Part shown: positions 49,546 to 63,339 of the stretch, piece after piece | How the letters are laid out: every line of letters starts with the position of its first letter | How positions within the stretch are numbered: position 1 is the stretch's first letter | Notes under the pieces: generated by a model | Told to the model about the DNA's origin: nothing | The model's input: only the letters and a program-made list of their open reading frames with translations | The model's database searches: none | Program-made: the position numbers and the translations under genes | NCBI GenBank assembly: GCA_050230475.1 | Contig: JBFLGF010000226.1 | Coordinates: 1 to 64,000, forward strand | Direction of reading: 5' to 3' | Origin: Ancylonema sp. | Taxonomy: Eukaryota | Length of the DNA: 64,000 nucleotides

Positions 49546-50022
49546 TGTAGGAATAGTCTCATAGCCATGCTTTATGCTTGCTTGTCCAGTTGTGACCGGT
49601 TACTCTAACCGGACGCCATATTCCTAGATGTGCTTATATGCGGGGCCGGGCACGATTGTGTCCGGGCACTTGATCTGTTGTCACGCTTGATGTCGACACT
49701 TAGAGTCGTTATTAGCGGTTGGCATGTTTGACGTGTCTTGATTGGTTTGATATAGTCACGTCAGGAGTGTCCGGCATGTGCCGTTGACACATAGATGAGT
49801 TGTCACTCAAGGATAGGCCGACGGTCAATTGTACCGACCGTCAGCATACAACGATCTGTAAAGCGCATCGGGTATTACCATCCCCGATGCGATCACAGTA
49901 ATTAATTCGTTCCACACACGCAACTCTTGTCTCGTTGATCATCAGTGATAGAGATCCTTTGCGTACGGTTCGTTTTGTCGCCCACCAATCTCCTGCACGT
50001 CCTAATCACTCAAAAGCTTATA
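49546..50022 (+). repeat. Copia 3' LTR
   Basis: Follows the PPT and repeats 43441-43936. Confidence 0.92.
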
Positions 50023-50254
50023 GGATGACAGTCAATGGTGGTGACAAGCAATAGATGTGGTATCCATGGTTGCAATTGTCACAGAGGATCATATTTTTCC
50101 CGTCCTTACGGTCCCCACATTCTCTGCAAAAGGTTGGGTCAGACTTGTTGAACCGGGTGACATCGGTGTTTTTATCCTTAATGGTGAGATTGCATGTGGA
50201 AATATTTTTCATTTGTTCCCAAATGCGGCGACCATCGCGACCTTGGAGTTGCAC
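50023..50254 (-). pseudogene. PHD finger at the integrase C-terminus (gypsy B), N-terminal part
   Basis: CRECGDRKDGKNMILCDNCNHGYHIYCLSPPLTVI, completed by PDGEWFSPEH* at 43435-43404. Confidence 0.88.
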
Positions 50255-53200
50255 GTTACCTGAAGGTCGAATTTTGGCGATCTGCAGATTTGTGGGTGGG
50301 TTGCGATGTCTAAGGTACCTTTGGTTTGCCGTTTTACGCAGACGAACTCTCCCGGGTGATGAGTTGCCTTGGGCCTGTCATAACGGTCATGTACCTTGAA
50401 GTAGTGGTGTCTGTCGCGTTGTTGAGCGATGGCAAGGTTGCGCACGGCTACCGGCATAACTTCTTGGTACAACTTACCTCGGTCCTCAAGGAACTTGGGG
50501 AGGTTCTTGTCCAATGGTAAGAAGTCATGTTCGGCGTCCTGGTTGTTGGCTTGAAACAAAGGGTGACGACCATAGGTCAGGTAGTAAGGGGTGTACCTTG
50601 TCGATGCCTGTTTGGTCATTCTGTAACCCATTTCAATGTAGGGTAAGTACATATCCCAATCCTGTCGATGCCTGGTAAGAAGGGTTTTTTGAAAGGCAGA
50701 CTTGAGGGTTTGTACTAGGCGTTCCGCTAGCCCATCCGATTGTGGGTGCTCTCTGCCAGCAGTGCGGTGGGTGATATGATGTTGGTTGAGAAGGGTGTGG
50801 AAAGCACCTTCAAACTCCGATCCTTGGCCAATGAAGACTTCCCTAGGTGCTCCAAAGCGGGCTAGGATGTGGTTCAAAAACTGCACCAGAGGTGGTTTTG
50901 GCGCTCTTATCAGGTACCGCCATGAATTCAGCCCACTTGCTAAAATGGTCAACTGCTACAAGAATGTACTTGTTGCCTTTGGCGGTTGGTGGAAAAGGAC
51001 CACAAAAATCAATGCCCCAGCAGTAAAACAATCCACGAATGGGCAAGGGTTGAAGTTGTGTACGTCCCTGACGGAAGTGAGTTTTCGAACGAGAGCAAGC
51101 GGTGCAATTACGGATGAACTGGATAACCATATCACCCATGCAATGCCACCAGTAATCTTGCTGCAAAGCGTGAAGAATCCGTTTGACACCGAAGTGTCCA
51201 TAACGATTGTGAAGGGTTTTGATGAGTGGCATGTGCTCTGGTGGTGAAGGAACAAGCAGCAATTTGCCAGAGGAGGGTTTCTTGTACAGATTACCACCTA
51301 ACCATGTATATTTAAGTCCTCGTCGGTAAACTCTGTCACGTTCGATGGCACTCAGGTTAGGAACATCCTCGTGGGTTTTGAGAAGATGCATGACGGGTTT
51401 GTCGTCCCAAATGTCGAGTGTTGGCGGTTCCGCCTCGGGTGTGGAGTCCTGGTGATAGCTGATGAAATAACTGGGTGAGATGGCCCAGATCGGTGGTGGT
51501 TGAAAAAGATCACATGGTGTCTTCTCTCCCAAGGTATCGATTTCGTGGTCAGGAGCTGTTGCTTCTGGTAAGGGGCACCTACTACAACCGTCTGCATTGG
51601 TGTTAAGGATGCCTGCCTTGTGTACCACGTCAAACTCATACTCTTGCAACAATACTGCCTAGCGTGTCAACTTGCCTGTCAGCTTGGTGGTTGTCATGAT
51701 CCACTTCAAGGGTGCGTGGTCAGTAATAAGGGTGAATGGTCGACCAAAAAGAAATTGTCGAAAATGCACTGTCCAAATCAGTGCCAAAAATTCGCCGTGA
51801 AAACTGTTGTAGTTTTTCTCTGCAGGATTACAACTGCGGGATGCGAAAGCCACTGCATATTCATTACCTTCGTCGTCAAGTTGACTTATGACAGCTCCCA
51901 GTCCGTGTTGATTCCAATCGGTGGCTAGGAGGAAATATTTCTTCATATCGGGGCGTCGAAGGACTGGTTCCGAGCAAAGATGTTTCTTGAGGTCGTCGAA
52001 GCTTTGTTGTTGTGGTTCGGACCAATGCCACTTCACGTCGCCTTTGAGGAGGGCGTTGAGGGGAGCTGCAATGCATGAAAAATGGGGAACAAACTTGCGA
52101 TAGTAAGAGAAAAGACCGAGTACAACACGGAGTTGATGAACATCCTTGGATGCTGGCATGTCGCGAATGTTTTCTCGTCCTGCGGGGTGATGCCTTCTGT
52201 AGCGAGTTTGTGTCCTAGAAACTCCATGTCCTTGGCAAAGAAGAGACATTTACCAGGGTGACACTTGAGTTTGTAGTGACGAAGTCTATTGAAGACTTGT
52301 TGTAGATGCATGAGATGATCCTTGAAATTTTTACTCCAATTGGTGATGTCGTCGATGTAACATCGTGCATTGGTGAGCCCGTTGAGGATAGCGTCCATGG
52401 TGCGCTGAAAGAAAGGTGGTGCACTTTTGAGACCATAGGGTACCACATTCCAGTCCCAGAGTATGCGGTTAGCCCTCCAAAATGTTGTCTTCGACTTATC
52501 CTCTTCCCGGATGGGGATTTGGTGATATCCTTGTCGCGGGTCCATCTTGCTGAAGATTTTGGCGTCCTGCATCTCAACAAAAATATCTTCGATCTTGGGT
52601 AAGGGGTATCGGTCCAGTGCGGTGTGACTGTTGATAGGTCGGTAGTCTCCACATTGGCAAAAGTCTGTATATTATCCTTCTTCGTCCTTCTTGCGAACTA
52701 CCACTGTGGAAGATACATACTTGGTGTTGCCTGAACTAGGCCGAATCATGCCAAGGTCATGCAATTTTTTACAGTTTGATTCCACAAAGTCCCACTCCGT
52801 CTGGCTGAGCTTGTGAGACCCCTAAAATCTGGATCCACTGGTGTCGAGAGGTAACTCCATCGGTGTGTTGTTAGAAGTTCCCAGTTCTTCAAGGCTAAAT
52901 GCAAAGCAATCACGATTCGATTCAAGCAATGCTATAACTTCTGCCTCTTCTGTCGGGGTGAGATGGTCACCGATCTTCCATTGGAACTCTGTCCCCGCTG
53001 TTGTAGGTGGTAATTCTTCGAGAGGATCAAGAAGGTCATTCTCGATCTCTAGCAAGGTACCATCCGTAGCGGCAAGTAGTTATTGGATGAGGGGAATTGC
53101 TTTATGCATATAGTGTTTTTGAGCAGAGTCCACGGTGAATGTTGAATCCTGGTTTTCATAAAACTCTTGCTCCTTGGTGTCATAATGCAATGTATGGTAC

Positions 53201-53570
53201 TGTTTGGGGATGTTGTAGATGCCCCCCCCCCGCTCAATGCTCTGAGTGGTGGGGTCTGTATCCTAGCGAGGGTGTGATGTAACCGACAGAGGACGGGTGT
53301 CGATGTACGAGGGTAAATTGTGGGATGCCATGAGAATGCCGCCTAACCTTTTTGGCATATTTTTATCCATGGTGCGACCAATGAGTTGACAACGTGCACT
53401 AATGGTGATGCTGTTAGGAATTGAGTTCGGATAGGCACATTAGTGTCACGATGTCTGAGATTGTTAGCTATTTTACCCTTAATATCTACTAATTCTCTCC
53501 CTATATTAAATGTATTGTATCGCATACTCTGCAATTGAAATCCTGTAGAGCTATCGCGTTGTCAGCTTGC

Positions 53571-53669
53571 CCGCAGTGAGAGAGTTGCCGAGTCAAGGCG
53601 ACGTTCTTGCCGTCGTTTAGGTGATTGTTTACAATCACTGCCGCGAGTCAAGCGTGCCAAACTCCTTAG
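53571..53669. repeat. Dispersed 99-bp hairpin-rich repeat, copy 2
   Basis: Direct repeat of 14413-14511. Confidence 0.8.
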
Positions 53670-54892
53670 ATTCAGGGAAAGGGCCTCTAGCCATCAACTT
53701 TCCGAGGATTCTACACTTGCAAGGCGACCAAAAGTTATGCGTCGACATCTGAATTCAAGGTAAATAGCTGGAATTGTCAAAAAAAAAAACTACTGCCATC
53801 AATCTTGTGTGCTTTCAGCGCTGCGCGCTATTGCAGCTAGAGGCATAAAAATTGTTCGTGCGCATTTTTTTTTCCCCTGTGGACTTTGTTTCGATCTGCG
53901 TGTCGTTTTTTACAAAATTTTGGGAATTTTGTGAAAAATTGTTTCGTGTAGAATTGCCAGGTTGCAAAATATGTAATCTCTACAGAATTTTGTAAAAAAA
54001 ATGTGAAATCTATGAGCTTGTCATATTGCTTGGATTAAAAAAAAAAAATAAAAAAAATAAATTGTGTATTGATCTGCATGTGGCATTGTAGACAGCCACC
54101 AGTCTTTGCTGTTGTTAGGTTGTTTAGATCTACATTATAACTTGGACACTTGTGTGCCCACTTGCATCATTCTGTATTGATTTTTGCATCTGGCATCTGG
54201 CGAGTTACTATTTTACCGTTGTCACGTCCATAGCGACACACCAATTTCTTACAGAGAAGGATCCTATTGCGAGTCAAACAAAAAAATTACACAGTGCGAC
54301 CCTTCAACGGTCAACAAATTTACACACCAAACAAAAACTTATCTGATTGGATCAACAAGTTCGGCAGTCCGAAGAAAAAGCCGTGTCTCAAAGCCGTCAC
54401 CTTGAGACTTGCCAGCTCGTTGGGATTGCGTAGACGGTTCTAGTCCGTAACTTGCAAACCAACGAGGGTCAAACGTGGCTAACTTGTCTAACCACTCCAC
54501 GAAGTGTTTTTGCAGCAGTGAGGACAGTTTTACAAACTGCCTTTTTAGACGCTTCTATCCGGTATAAATCTTACCCTATGTACCACTTTCGGGTTGCACT
54601 CTCCCCAATCTCTTAACATTAGAGAGGCTGTTAACTTTACCCCGTGATTTTATCACACTCCCCTCAAGTGACCCGTTCACTTGGAAGTTGCCTTACACCA
54701 GTCTTTGTAATTTGGAAGTGCTCTTGCAAAAGATATTTATCGACTGCATTGCCTACTCCCTGTCACATGTCAGTCCCGCTAGTCAACGCAAGTCAAACGC
54801 GGTTCTAGTACGGGGGCATTTGAACACGTGCAGAGCGGGTAATAAAACCCCAAGATTCTAGATATACAGATCCAGGTTCCACAGACACATCG

Positions 54893-54965
54893 GACTGGGT
54901 AGCTCAGTGGTTAGAGCAGTCCCGCTTTGAAGGACAGGTCCCGGGTTTGATCCCTGACCTGGTCA
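54893..54965 (+). ncRNA. tRNA-like cassette, copy 2
   Basis: Same 73-nt cloverleaf as 43965-44037, with loop GCTTTGA and the same flanks (ACACATCG / ACATTTTC). Confidence 0.6.
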
Positions 54966-54984
54966 ACATTTTCTCAGGTTTTCC

Positions 54985-55485
54985 TGTAGGACTATTCGGA
55001 CAGCCATGCCTTATGTTGCTAGTCTGGTTATGTCCGGTTACTCTAACCGGACGCTCTATTCCTTGGTGTTGCGTATATGCGGGGCCGGGCACGATTGTGT
55101 CCGGGCACCCGGTTGCACTTGTTGTCACGCTAGATGTCGACACTTAGAGACGTTGCTAGCAATCGTGGTGCTTGACGTGACTTGATTGGCTAGATCCAGT
55201 CATGTCAGAATGTCCGGCATGAGCCGTTGAATATTTGATTAGGTGTGGAGGTGTGATAGGCCGACGGTCAATAGTTCCGACCGTCGGCAGTAATTGCCGT
55301 TGCGATTGTAATCGGCATCCGGGTAATATCAACCCGATGCCGTCACATTTCATAATAACCAACCATTATTCGTTCCACACACGCAACTCTTGTCTCGTTG
55401 ATCATCAGTGATAGAGATCCTTTTGCGTACGGTTCGTTTGTCGCCCACCAAATCTCCTGCACGTCTAATCGCTCAAAAGCTTAAA
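54985..55485 (+). repeat. Probable solo LTR of the 43441-50022 copia family
   Basis: TGTAGGACTATTCGGACAGCC...CTCAAAAGCTTA aligns with those LTRs. No PBS follows and the TSD is poor. Confidence 0.8.
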
Positions 55486-55749
55486 CTCCCTCTCAGAGAA
55501 TTTTCATCTAGTTACCAGTGGTTCGCTTACATTGAGCTCCGTCTCTATCCCCTGTGAGGACCTAGTGCCCACCTGATCTTCCTATAAAGGTTACACCAGA
55601 GATTCAATCACTTCCCCCCTCTAAGATAGCCCCACGGCTCAGAGACTTACCACGCCTATCTGGGGGTACGACGTGGTGCCATAACCCTTACATATTGCGT
55701 ATCAAACGCATGGACTTGTTACACCACCCCTTGTTCAAAGGTGCTTTAC

Positions 55750-57259
55750 ACACTTTTACACATGATTTTTGCTTGCAAAATCAACTCATCTAATTCACAT
55801 TTGAGCTGAAACATTGCATTTTGTGTTTTGATCGTGCAACAAGAAAAGACAACGACAAATCCGACATTGTGTGTTACGGATGTAACCAACCGGGTCATTA
55901 CAAAAAAGACTATACCCAAACATCGAAAACGTTGATGGGTCAACCTCAGGCAACACCTTACCGACCTCCGCACTTACAAAATGGCGGACAACGACAACCT
56001 CAATGACAATTAAAGGGAGATTCCTATGGTCAACCCAAAACTCCAAACCAAACGAATCAACGACAGTACGGACCAAATGATTACACTAAAGGTGCTCGCT
56101 GTCAACACTGTGGCGCGAGTGGCCACACAATTGAACACTGTCGATAGTTCAAGACGGCGCAAAACCTGACAATGCCCGTCTACTCCACTCCTTCGTTGGT
56201 ATTACCTGCAAGACATAACATTCCTCGCATCACGTGGGAGGATCAACAATACGAAGCGGAAGCAAACACGTTTCTTCCACTCTCGCAACTACCTAAGCAT
56301 TTCGTCGACTCATCAATACGTGAATGTGATAAATAAAGTCCGTTTTTACCATTGCAAATGATGACAACACCTCGCCGGTCGGTGAGGGTGGCCGCGATTG
56401 AGGATGCTCGAAAAACACCAAATTCATCAACAAGTGTGGTGGATTATCCTTTTTTAGCACGGTCTACACCAGGATCACCACCACCACGTGCAAACAATGA
56501 TCAAACCCCGTTTGAAGATGCATCTATGGAGCATCAACAAAATACATCTACATACCCTCCAACACATGAAGATACGGAGCGGAGAATGTAGAAGGACCAG
56601 ATTATGGACGTCGCCGCGGATACAGTGTGAAAATGCCGGAAAAATGGGTTCCGAAATTTCCCACCACATTAGAGCCCGGCACGGTCAACCTCAACCATCA
56701 AAACTTTACACACCCACCCCCGCCTTTGCCTCTCCCACATGCACAAGCGTTGCAGGAGGAGCTCAATCGACAAAAAACTCGATCTGCAACGTCTTACATT
56801 GAACAACACAAAGTCACTACAAATGGTGGAGGATCTCGTTCTAAAATTAGAGGAACCACAACCTCAACTATCCGTGGCACAACAATCCGTGGAAACTGTG
56901 TGTTCATTGGCGATACCACCACCAACCAAAACAAACACAATAGAATATCAAGTGACTACGGTGGACAACAAAGATGGTAATTTACAAATCAAGCAAACGG
57001 TACCAGTCAAGCTCATTTGGGATTCGGGAGCCACAAACACCATGGTGGGCGTCCCATATCGACAACAATTGGGCATCAAAGACTCGGACCTCAACCGGGG
57101 AACACCTTACAAAACGGCATCAAGGGATACCGAACTTACACTCGGAGCAGCTAAGGAAAAATTTCCAATCATCATTGGTGCAAGAACTCTTAACCCCACC
57201 ACCGTGTGGACGGAATTACACCTCTCCCCATCCATGGACTATGATGTGCTTATTGGGAA
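55750..57259 (+). pseudogene. Gypsy gag-protease fragment, cut by a copia LTR
   Basis: CYGCNQPGHYKKD knuckle and protease LIWDSGATNTMVG..DYDVLIG, similar to the gypsy A protease. Confidence 0.75.
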
Positions 57260-60200
57260 TGTTAGGAATTGAGTTCGGATAGGCACATTAATAACTTGTT
57301 TGCCTTGTCCGGCTAATTACCTTAGAGTCTTTTAGGACACGGAGCCGGGAATGCTATACCCGGGTATCCGTCCGCACACGGCACGTCTACACTTGTACGG
57401 ATGTGACGTGGCTAGTAATCGTTGTAGAATACTAGGCGGTGTCGCCACGCCACTAGCTGGATTTGTGTGGTGACAGTCGAGTCCGGCATGTTGCCGTGGA
57501 CACACGTGCGGTGGCACGACGACGGTCGATAGTTCCGACCGTCGGCTAGAAATGTGCCCGGTAATCATTGTACCGTTGTCGCCTCGTCGGGTACATTAGC
57601 CCCACGAGAACACTTTCATAATAACATTTCACAATCATACCAAAACGCTGTTGCTTTACCGTACAATTATTTTGTCTTGTTTTGTAAAGCATTGAACTTG
57701 TGCGCTACATTGTTAAGTGACAAATCTTTATAGGTTATGGGCCCACAGGTTATCTAGGACATCTGAGCGGTCGGATCCTACAGATTTCCACGTTTTCACT
57801 GTCAGGCAAAGTTGCTCTGTAAATCACGGTAAATTGTGCCTAATTGTTAGGACAATTAGACATGGAATTGCTAGGATCGTAATTTTTGAATTACGTTCTG
57901 CTCTTATTTTATGTGTTGTGAGCTGTGAGCTGCGTGTTGCAAATTGCCGCCAAAGTTTTGCTAGAGCTGCTAGCAGTTGCATCTTTGTGTCGGAATTTGT
58001 GTACTAAACTTGGTGCAGATGGCGGATAAGTGCAATATCCCCCAGTTCACCGGAGCACCATAAATTCCTTTCGGGGTGGAGCTTTCAAGGTCAGGTTCGG
58101 CCTGATCGGGAAGGAGCTGCACCGGTATGTGCTCGACTGCAACGGGAGGACGAGAATAACTCGCTTGGCTGTTATCGAGCCGTTGACACAGGCAACAGTC
58201 AATTCGTTACCTGATGATGCTGCAGCTCGAAGAGCTGCTGCTGATGCACACCAGCAAAGTGTTGATGCTAAGAATGTGCTTGTGGATGAATGGGATGCGC
58301 AAGATTTAAAGGCGGAGGTCTATATTGTTAGGTTCTTAGGTCCGTCAGAGCAGGTGCATGTTAGGGATTGTGATTACGCATATGAGATGTGGAACAACCT
58401 TGCATCATTTTACGAAGTCCCAGACGCTATTGAAGTAGCTAATTCCGTGGCTAAACTGAGTGCTACGGCAATGGGTGAGGCTAAGGACTTACAAGAGTTT
58501 GTCAAACGCCTGCAGGTCATCCATGGAGAGCTCGCACATCTCGGCAAGCCCGTCAGCGAAGCAGACTAGGCGACCAACCTCATCAACTGCCTCAGCTCGC
58601 GATACGACTCCATGGTGGAGGTCGTCTAGAGCAGGGCGGAGTCCTCACCCAACCTCTACACCATCCCCCACATCACCTCGGCTCTGCAGCGGAAGGACAC
58701 GAAGCTCATCGTCAGCGCGCGGAAGCGTGGCGAGCCTCTCGGCGGTCCACAGGCACACTATGGCGGATCTGGAGGAGCCGGACCCAGCAAGGGCCATATT
58801 TGAGCAACGTGCGCTGCCACGGTTGCCAATAGTTTGGCCACTACCGTACGAGCTGTCCGATCGGAGGGGGAAGTGGCCAGGCTCGAGGAGCTAGACCACA
58901 GAAAAAATGCCACAACTGCGGCGAGCCAGGCCACCTCATGCGAGACTTCCGACGACCAGTGCGGCAAGATGGCCAGCGGACCGGAGGGCAGGGACGACAG
59001 TAAGGGGGGCAGCAGCAGTTCGGTGGAGGACGAGAGGGAGGTCAGTAGTACGGGAAGAATCGGCAGCAAGGAGGACAAGAGCAACAGAATGCCCTGTCGT
59101 GTACCTACTGCAAGCGACCCGGGCATGAGCATGAAGCTTGCACCGTAATGCGGCAGGATGCTGCAAGCTAAGTCAGATGGGCGAATTTTACAGGGGTGCA
59201 GAGCTTGGGAAAAGCTGCGCTGGACTTCGGAGGAGGGGTTGGAGAGGAGCATTTTGGGATGGGTGTCTACCCAAGCAACATTCAAGTGCTATCGGCATCG
59301 CAAGAGGGGCAATATTTGATCCTGGACACAAGGGCCACGAACCACGTCTTCCCTCAACGTGACCAGTTCCATTCCTACGACTCCAATGTCCCCCTCAGCT
59401 ACAGTTTCATCAGAACGGTTGACAACAGACCTCATCAGGTGATGGGAGTTGGGATCGTCGCGATCCAGGTGACCTACGGAGAGAGGAAGTTCTACTTTGG
59501 GTTGCGGTCGTTGCATGTGCTATCGCTGGGCCAGACTCTCGTCTCCGTCAACAAGCTCAACAAGGGTGCTCAAATCGGCTTCAATCTCACGGCTTCAATC
59601 TCAGTGAGAGTGGGGTGCCATCTCTGTCTTTGGGGGGGGAAAAGTGGGCAGATGTTATGAAAACCAGTTCAGTCTGCGCATGTCGTTCATCTCCCACCTA
59701 CAGCTTCAAAGCCATTGGTGGCACTGACCACGTCTACTGGCATGCTCTGGCACATCAAACTAGATCACCCTGGTCTCCATGCTATGTCAGACATGTCTAT
59801 CAGTGGCGATATACCGAGACTGACTGCAGAGGAGGTCGAGCACGTTAAGAACTGTCATATCTGTTGCCGGGGCAAGATGACTCAAGTGCCACACCGGTCT
59901 ATGTCGGACACTGAGGACGATATAGGTCATGCACAAAAGATGGGAAGGATCCACCTGGATCTAGTAAGGCCTTTGGCTGTTTTGTGAGCAAACGGGGGGT
60001 ACTAGTATTTCCAGTCAAGGATAGAGGTCAGCGCTAGAGTGTCTTTTGTGAGTCTGTTGAAGACAAAGAGTGATGCATTGGAAGTTACCAAGGATTTGGT
60101 CTAGATGCTAGAGGTCGAGTCTGATTTACCGCTTAAGTCGATCAGGATTGACATGGGAGGAGAGTATGACTCACATGCATGGACTGCGTTTGCTAAGAGT

Positions 60201-61668
60201 AAAGGGTTTAAGCATGAGTTGATAGGTCCGTACAGTCTTGAACAGAATGGGATTTGTGGACGGCTAAATAAAACCTTGCCAGAGAAGATGAGATGCCTGC
60301 TATTGTGGAGTAGAGTGCCTAAGTCTTATTGGGATGTTGCTGTGTTGCATGCAAACTGGCTTAGGAATAAGTCACCAACAACAACATTGGGGGGTGAGAA
60401 ACCGATTGAGGTTTGGTCAAGGAAGAAAGTTAGGTATCAAGACAGCCACACGTTTGGGTGCCTGGTTCAGTATTTGAAGGTTGGACATGATCAGGATCCT
60501 AAGGGTGCTAAATTTTCATTTAGGACAGCTTTTGGAGTGTTTTTGGGGATGGCAGTTGGGCAAGCAGGGTACTGGATTTTCGATCCCCTACGAGCTGGTT
60601 TCATCGTGAGGACAGACGTGCGCTTCTACGACTCCGTTCCAGGCTACCCCCGATTGATGGGGCAAAAGGCAGTAACGCAGCCACTTTCCCCTCCCTCAGA
60701 TGAGCAGTTTTTCAAGCTTTTCCCGTGTAGCAAAGATGATGAACCAGCAGCAGCCAGAGCACCAGGCCATGTCCCAGCAGTCTTTGCAGCCCATGTACCA
60801 GCCGTCCAGCAACACCAGCCAGAAGTCATCGAGCTCTCGGAGTCAGGGGTCAATGATATGGGGGGTGGAGATGAGGAGGAGGAGGTGCAAGGAGAGGGTG
60901 CTGAAGGAGGGGGTGCTGAAGTGGGGGTGGAGGAGCAGAGAATCGCGGATCGCGTGATGGCGAGACGAAGGGTAAACTTTGCTGAGTTTGGGGATGTGTG
61001 TTGATGTGATGGGGAAGAGTTAGATGAGGATGTCATTGACGCTATTTCATGTGGGCAGATGCCTGTTGACAACTTCAAGCCTTCGTGTTTTTTCACGGGT
61101 TTTAATGGGCCAATTGATCTAGATTATGTTCTTGCTAGCTAGACAGCTAACTCTTATGACCCACTCACCCTTAACCAAGCAAAGAAAAGACCTGACTGGC
61201 AGCAGTGGGAGGAGGCGACTCAGACTGATCTCCAGTCGCTGGAGGACTTCAAAAACTTCGAAGTGTGTGTGCTTCCCCCCGGAAAGCGGCCCGTTGGCTG
61301 TAAGTACGTTTTCAAACTCAAACTCTTGCCTTCTAGTGAGATCGAGAGGCATAGGGTCAGGCTCGTAGCTCAGGATTTCTGCAGCAAGAGGATGTAGACT
61401 ATAACGAGGTTTTTGCACCTGTCGTAGATAGAACCTCCATTTCCTTGCTACTTGCTATAGCTAACCAAAATGACTGGGAGATTGAGGGTATGGACGTAGT
61501 GACTACTTTTTTGCATGGCAGGCTAGAGGAAGATGTTTACATGACGATTCCCCCGGGTATGAAAATCCCAGGTGGTAGTGAGGTCAAGGTGTTAAGAGTG
61601 CGAGGTGCCCTATATGGCCTTAAACAAAGTAGCCACGTCTGGGCTAAAATGTTTAGTGAGTTCATGCT
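57260..61668 (+). mobile_element. Degenerate Ty1/copia element, 3'-truncated within RT
   Basis: 5' LTR 57260-57732; PBS GGTTATGGGCCCAC (57733-57746); gag 58030-58569; PR LILDTRATNH; INT 60105-61004; RT MDVVTTFLHG..ALYGLKQS. Confidence 0.9.
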
Positions 61669-63333
61669 TGACGTGCCAGATGGCCTGTCTGTCGAAAGCC
61701 TGTCGACGAAATCTCTCAAAAACAAAGAAATCGACAGATTTTGGAAAAATATGCAAAACTTGACTTTTTATATTTTTTCTGCGTCGACGAAAGTGACGGA
61801 TGTCGGTTGATGACTTGCCACCTTGTTTGGATGAGCAGCTGCAGGATTGGGCCTTGAGTCATCATCTGGATCTCACGAGAGTAGGTTGGTGTAGGTTGAA
61901 TCCCTACTGACCACACAAGAATGTAATTCAAGCACGGTATGTGACTTATCAACGAAGTTTGCCGTAGCCACTACTCGCCGAAAGATGAGATGCACTCAAC
62001 GCTTAGTGGTGGGAGATATAGAAACAACACTAAGGTTAATCAGGCGTTGCAGATTACAACACTTCACAACAGGTGACAGCTACTGGCTGATAGAAAGAAC
62101 GCAAGGCAAATAGCTATAGAATTTCTACAAGGGTGCAAAATGAAGGATAGCTGGTTGCGACGGGGTGCGCACTCACTATTGGTTTCGAGAATCAAACGTT
62201 GTCGTGAATAAAACGATTCACTAATTCAGGAACGGGTGCACGCAATTCAAAGGGTGAATTGTCTGACTGAGCGTGCACGAAATGGTGCAGCTAATAGTAA
62301 CGATTTTTGACGTCAGCGAAACGGCTGACAATCAACGGCTTGCAAGGGTCACGATTTTGCAAAGGTAACGATAATTCTGATTACGGCAGAATTTCACACG
62401 ATGCGTATGCGAAACGGCACACGAATGTTTGTACTACATGAGATGCGACAACACGCACAAGCAAACCTGCAATTTCGCAAAACTTACGGCTGAATGGAGC
62501 GACGCAAAGTTTGTATAAATTCACAGGGAATATAAAAGGCGAAACGGCACACTTGATAACGATTGTTGACGATTGCAAAATACACGAATTCACAGAGATT
62601 GCAAAGATGACAATTGCAAACAGTTGTTGAAATTCAGACAGCGTAAACTGACAGCGGAAGCTGGCAGTTCAGAAAGCGACTTAGGCTTTAATACAATCGA
62701 CGCGCCGTTTCACACGCGCGCGGTAGTCTAGATCTTATCTTGATCTATGGTTGAAAAAAAACGACTAGACAACTAATCGTGACTTTATATTCTAGAGTTA
62801 TAGATTCAACACGTTATTCTGTTCAAACGTCAGGCTGGCTGACTGAGATAAAACTCGACACACACTGGGAATCTACTAACTCATCGATACGACAAAATAC
62901 TCCAAATTGAAATCTAAAAAGTGGTACACCGACTTTTCTAGATTGAGTGAGTACAACAAAAATATAAAATCAAACGTCTGACTGATCGAAACTCATATAA
63001 CGACAGAGTTCGATATAACGACTAAAAATCGACAATTACCAAAATTGTTATTTTTCAAGCGGATCAACAATTAAAAATACTTTACTTTCTATCGATTTCT
63101 AGCGGCATGACAGTTGACGTGCCAGATGGAGTCGGCACAGAGCGTGTCGACGAAATCTCTCAAAAACAAAGAAATCGACAGATTTTGGAGAAATATGCAA
63201 AACTTGACTTTTTATATTTTTTTGCGTCGACGAAAGTGACGGATGACGGTTGATGACTTGGCTGCTTGTCTGGGTGAGCAGCAGCAGGATTGAGCCTTGA
63301 TTCATCATCTAGATCTCACCCCCCCCCCCCTAG
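61669..63333 (-). mobile_element. Gypsy-type LTR - noncoding spacer - LTR unit
   Basis: Direct repeats 63318-63115 and 61875-61669 (TGAGATC...GGCACGTCA). The PPT (63319-63333) precedes the upstream copy. The LTR head is shared with 43227. Confidence 0.75.
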
Positions 63334-63339
63334 CTACTT

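Larger units (their letters stand above)
43441..50022 (+). mobile_element. Full-length but degenerate Ty1/copia retrotransposon
   Basis: LTRs 43441-43936 and 49546-50022 (TG...TTATA); TSD GAATG/GGATG; PBS GGTTATGGGCCCAC (43937-43950); gag-PR ORF 44188-45570; fragmented INT/RT/RH; PPT ~49537-49543. Confidence 0.93.
43228..53350 (-). mobile_element. Degenerate Ty3/gypsy element B (DNMT tail - RT - RH - INT - PHD), split by a copia and 5'-truncated
   Basis: DNMT tail RLGGILMASHNLP (~53350-53310); RT VPYGLKSAP..CYIDDIT; RH ATDWN..FASRS; INT GHFGVKR..WGIDFCGP..HPQSDGLAER; PHD 50254-50023 continuing at 43435-43404; PPT 43228-43241. Confidence 0.88.

Noticed and set aside
53412..53441. Start of another copia element
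   Set aside because: Only ~30 bp of the LTR head matches; no body or TSD follows.
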